From: Patescibacteria group bacterium
GTDB lineage: Bacteria; Patescibacteriota; Gracilibacteria; UBA1369; PNNO01
Assembly (NCBI GenBank): GCA_042568575.1
Contig: JBHPIO010000001.1
Span: 162,285-226,284 of the forward strand
Length of the DNA: 64,000 nucleotides
Reading direction: 5' to 3'
The notes below the pieces were generated by a model. It did not search any database, was not told where the DNA came from, and saw only the letters and a program-made list of their open reading frames with translations. The position numbers and the translations under genes were made by a program. Positions 62,944 through 64,000 of this stretch are shown here, in pieces; position 1 is the stretch's first letter; each line of letters opens with the position of its first letter.

Positions 62944-64000
62944 CTCCAAAACAACTCGAGACGTGTACAATAAATATCCCTGGATCTAAAAGTTATACAA
63001 ATCGGGCGCTTATTATTGCTGCGCTAGCAAAAGGAAAAACGACTTTGATTAATCCCCTTTTTAGTGACGACACACAATATACAATTGATGCACTAAAAAA
63101 ACTCGGAACAAAAATTAAACGTACAAAAAATGACGATCTTGAAATTCATGGTACTGGTGGGCAATTCAGCAACCCCAAAGAAATACTTTTTTTAGGAAAT
63201 GCCGGGACAGGAATCAGATTTTTAACTGCTCTTTTAGCACTTGCACCATTTAAATCAAGAATCACAGGAAACATGCGTATGCAAAAGAGACCAATAAAAG
63301 ATTTATTAAATGGTCTACGTCAATTAGGTGCAAAAATCGAAAGTGTTAACAAAAATGGTTACCCGCCCGTACGAACTAAAGGTGCAACAATTAAAGGCGG
63401 TACTGTTGAGCTATCAGGGAAAATAAGCAGCCAGTTCCTTTCTGCTATTTTAATAGTAGCCCCATATGCTCAAAATGATGTAACAATTAAAATTTCAGAC
63501 GAACTTGTTTCAAAGCCATATGTTGATATGACACTTGGAATTATGAAGGCTTTTGGAATTGAAGTTGATAATAAAAATTATAAGAAGTTTATAATTAAAA
63601 GTGAGCAAGAATATACTCCACGCGAATATATAATTGAAGGAGATGCATCCTCTGCAACATATTTCTTTGCACTTTCGGCATTACACGACACGCCCATATA
63701 TTTACAAAATATTGATCGTTCTAACTCCCAAGCAGATATTCATTTTTTAGATGTTCTTGAAAAAATGGGATGCAAAATTATCGAAAATGAAAATGGAATT
63801 ACAATTAAAGCACCAAAAGAACTAAAAGCACCTGGAAAAATAGATTTAAATCATATGCCAGATGCAGCTATGACAGTTGCAATTATGGCCGCATTCACAA
63901 AAGGTAAAACTATACTAAGTAATATTGCAAATCTTCGTGTGAAAGAAACAGATCGAATCGCTGCGTTAGTTAAAGAGCTTTCAAAACTAGGCGTAGAATG
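62925..64000 (+). CDS. aroA: EPSP synthase (runs off window end)
   Basis: ATG 62925 MQKALITPK...PGSKSYTNRAL, GNAGTGIR, SSQFLSA, EGDASSA, NLRVKETDRI. Confidence 0.95.
   Translation, partial: MQKALITPKQLETCTINIPGSKSYTNRALIIAALAKGKTTLINPLFSDDTQYTIDALKKLGTKIKRTKNDDLEIHGTGGQFSNPKEILFLGNAGTGIRFLTALLALAPFKSRITGNMRMQKRPIKDLLNGLRQLGAKIESVNKNGYPPVRTKGATIKGGTVELSGKISSQFLSAILIVAPYAQNDVTIKISDELVSKPYVDMTLGIMKAFGIEVDNKNYKKFIIKSEQEYTPREYIIEGDASSATYFFALSALHDTPIYLQNIDRSNSQADIHFLDVLEKMGCKIIENENGITIKAPKELKAPGKIDLNHMPDAAMTVAIMAAFTKGKTILSNIANLRVKETDRIAALVKELSKLGVE

Overview
AT-rich bacterial chromosomal segment. The 16S signatures (GGAATAGACGG, GTACTCACCGCC), the gene content and the use of TGA as stop (code 11) suggest a Patescibacteria/CPR lineage, probably Peregrinibacteria-like; this is an inference. 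The main structure is a dispersed rRNA operon on the minus strand: 16S (41246-39781), tRNA-Ala, tRNA-Ile, 23S (19304-16316) and 5S, with about 20 kb of protein genes between 16S and 23S. Each large rRNA has its own promoter, boxA and processing stem. The best candidate for an undescribed system is the 23S leader, where a 13-codon uORF covers one arm of an antiterminator that competes with a U9 intrinsic terminator. This could be a translation-sensing attenuator that balances 23S against 16S output. Other short leader ORFs precede a divergent hisG-like gene (full 1:2/2:3/3:4 attenuator), lepA and aroF. Unusual proteins include a RelA/SpoT hydrolase with a degenerate synthetase fused to an EamA transporter, a SecD-P1/parvulin lipoprotein with no membrane domain, an HtrA-like pseudoprotease and a 2140-aa orphan. 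Also present are two tRNA 3' fragments (att-like scars), a candidate sRNA, a ~90-nt 23S expansion, a MacAB-like exporter, Fe-S and ferritin genes, glycosylation genes and a shikimate operon. No CRISPR array, transposase or integrase was seen. All assignments come from motif recognition by eye; no searches were run.
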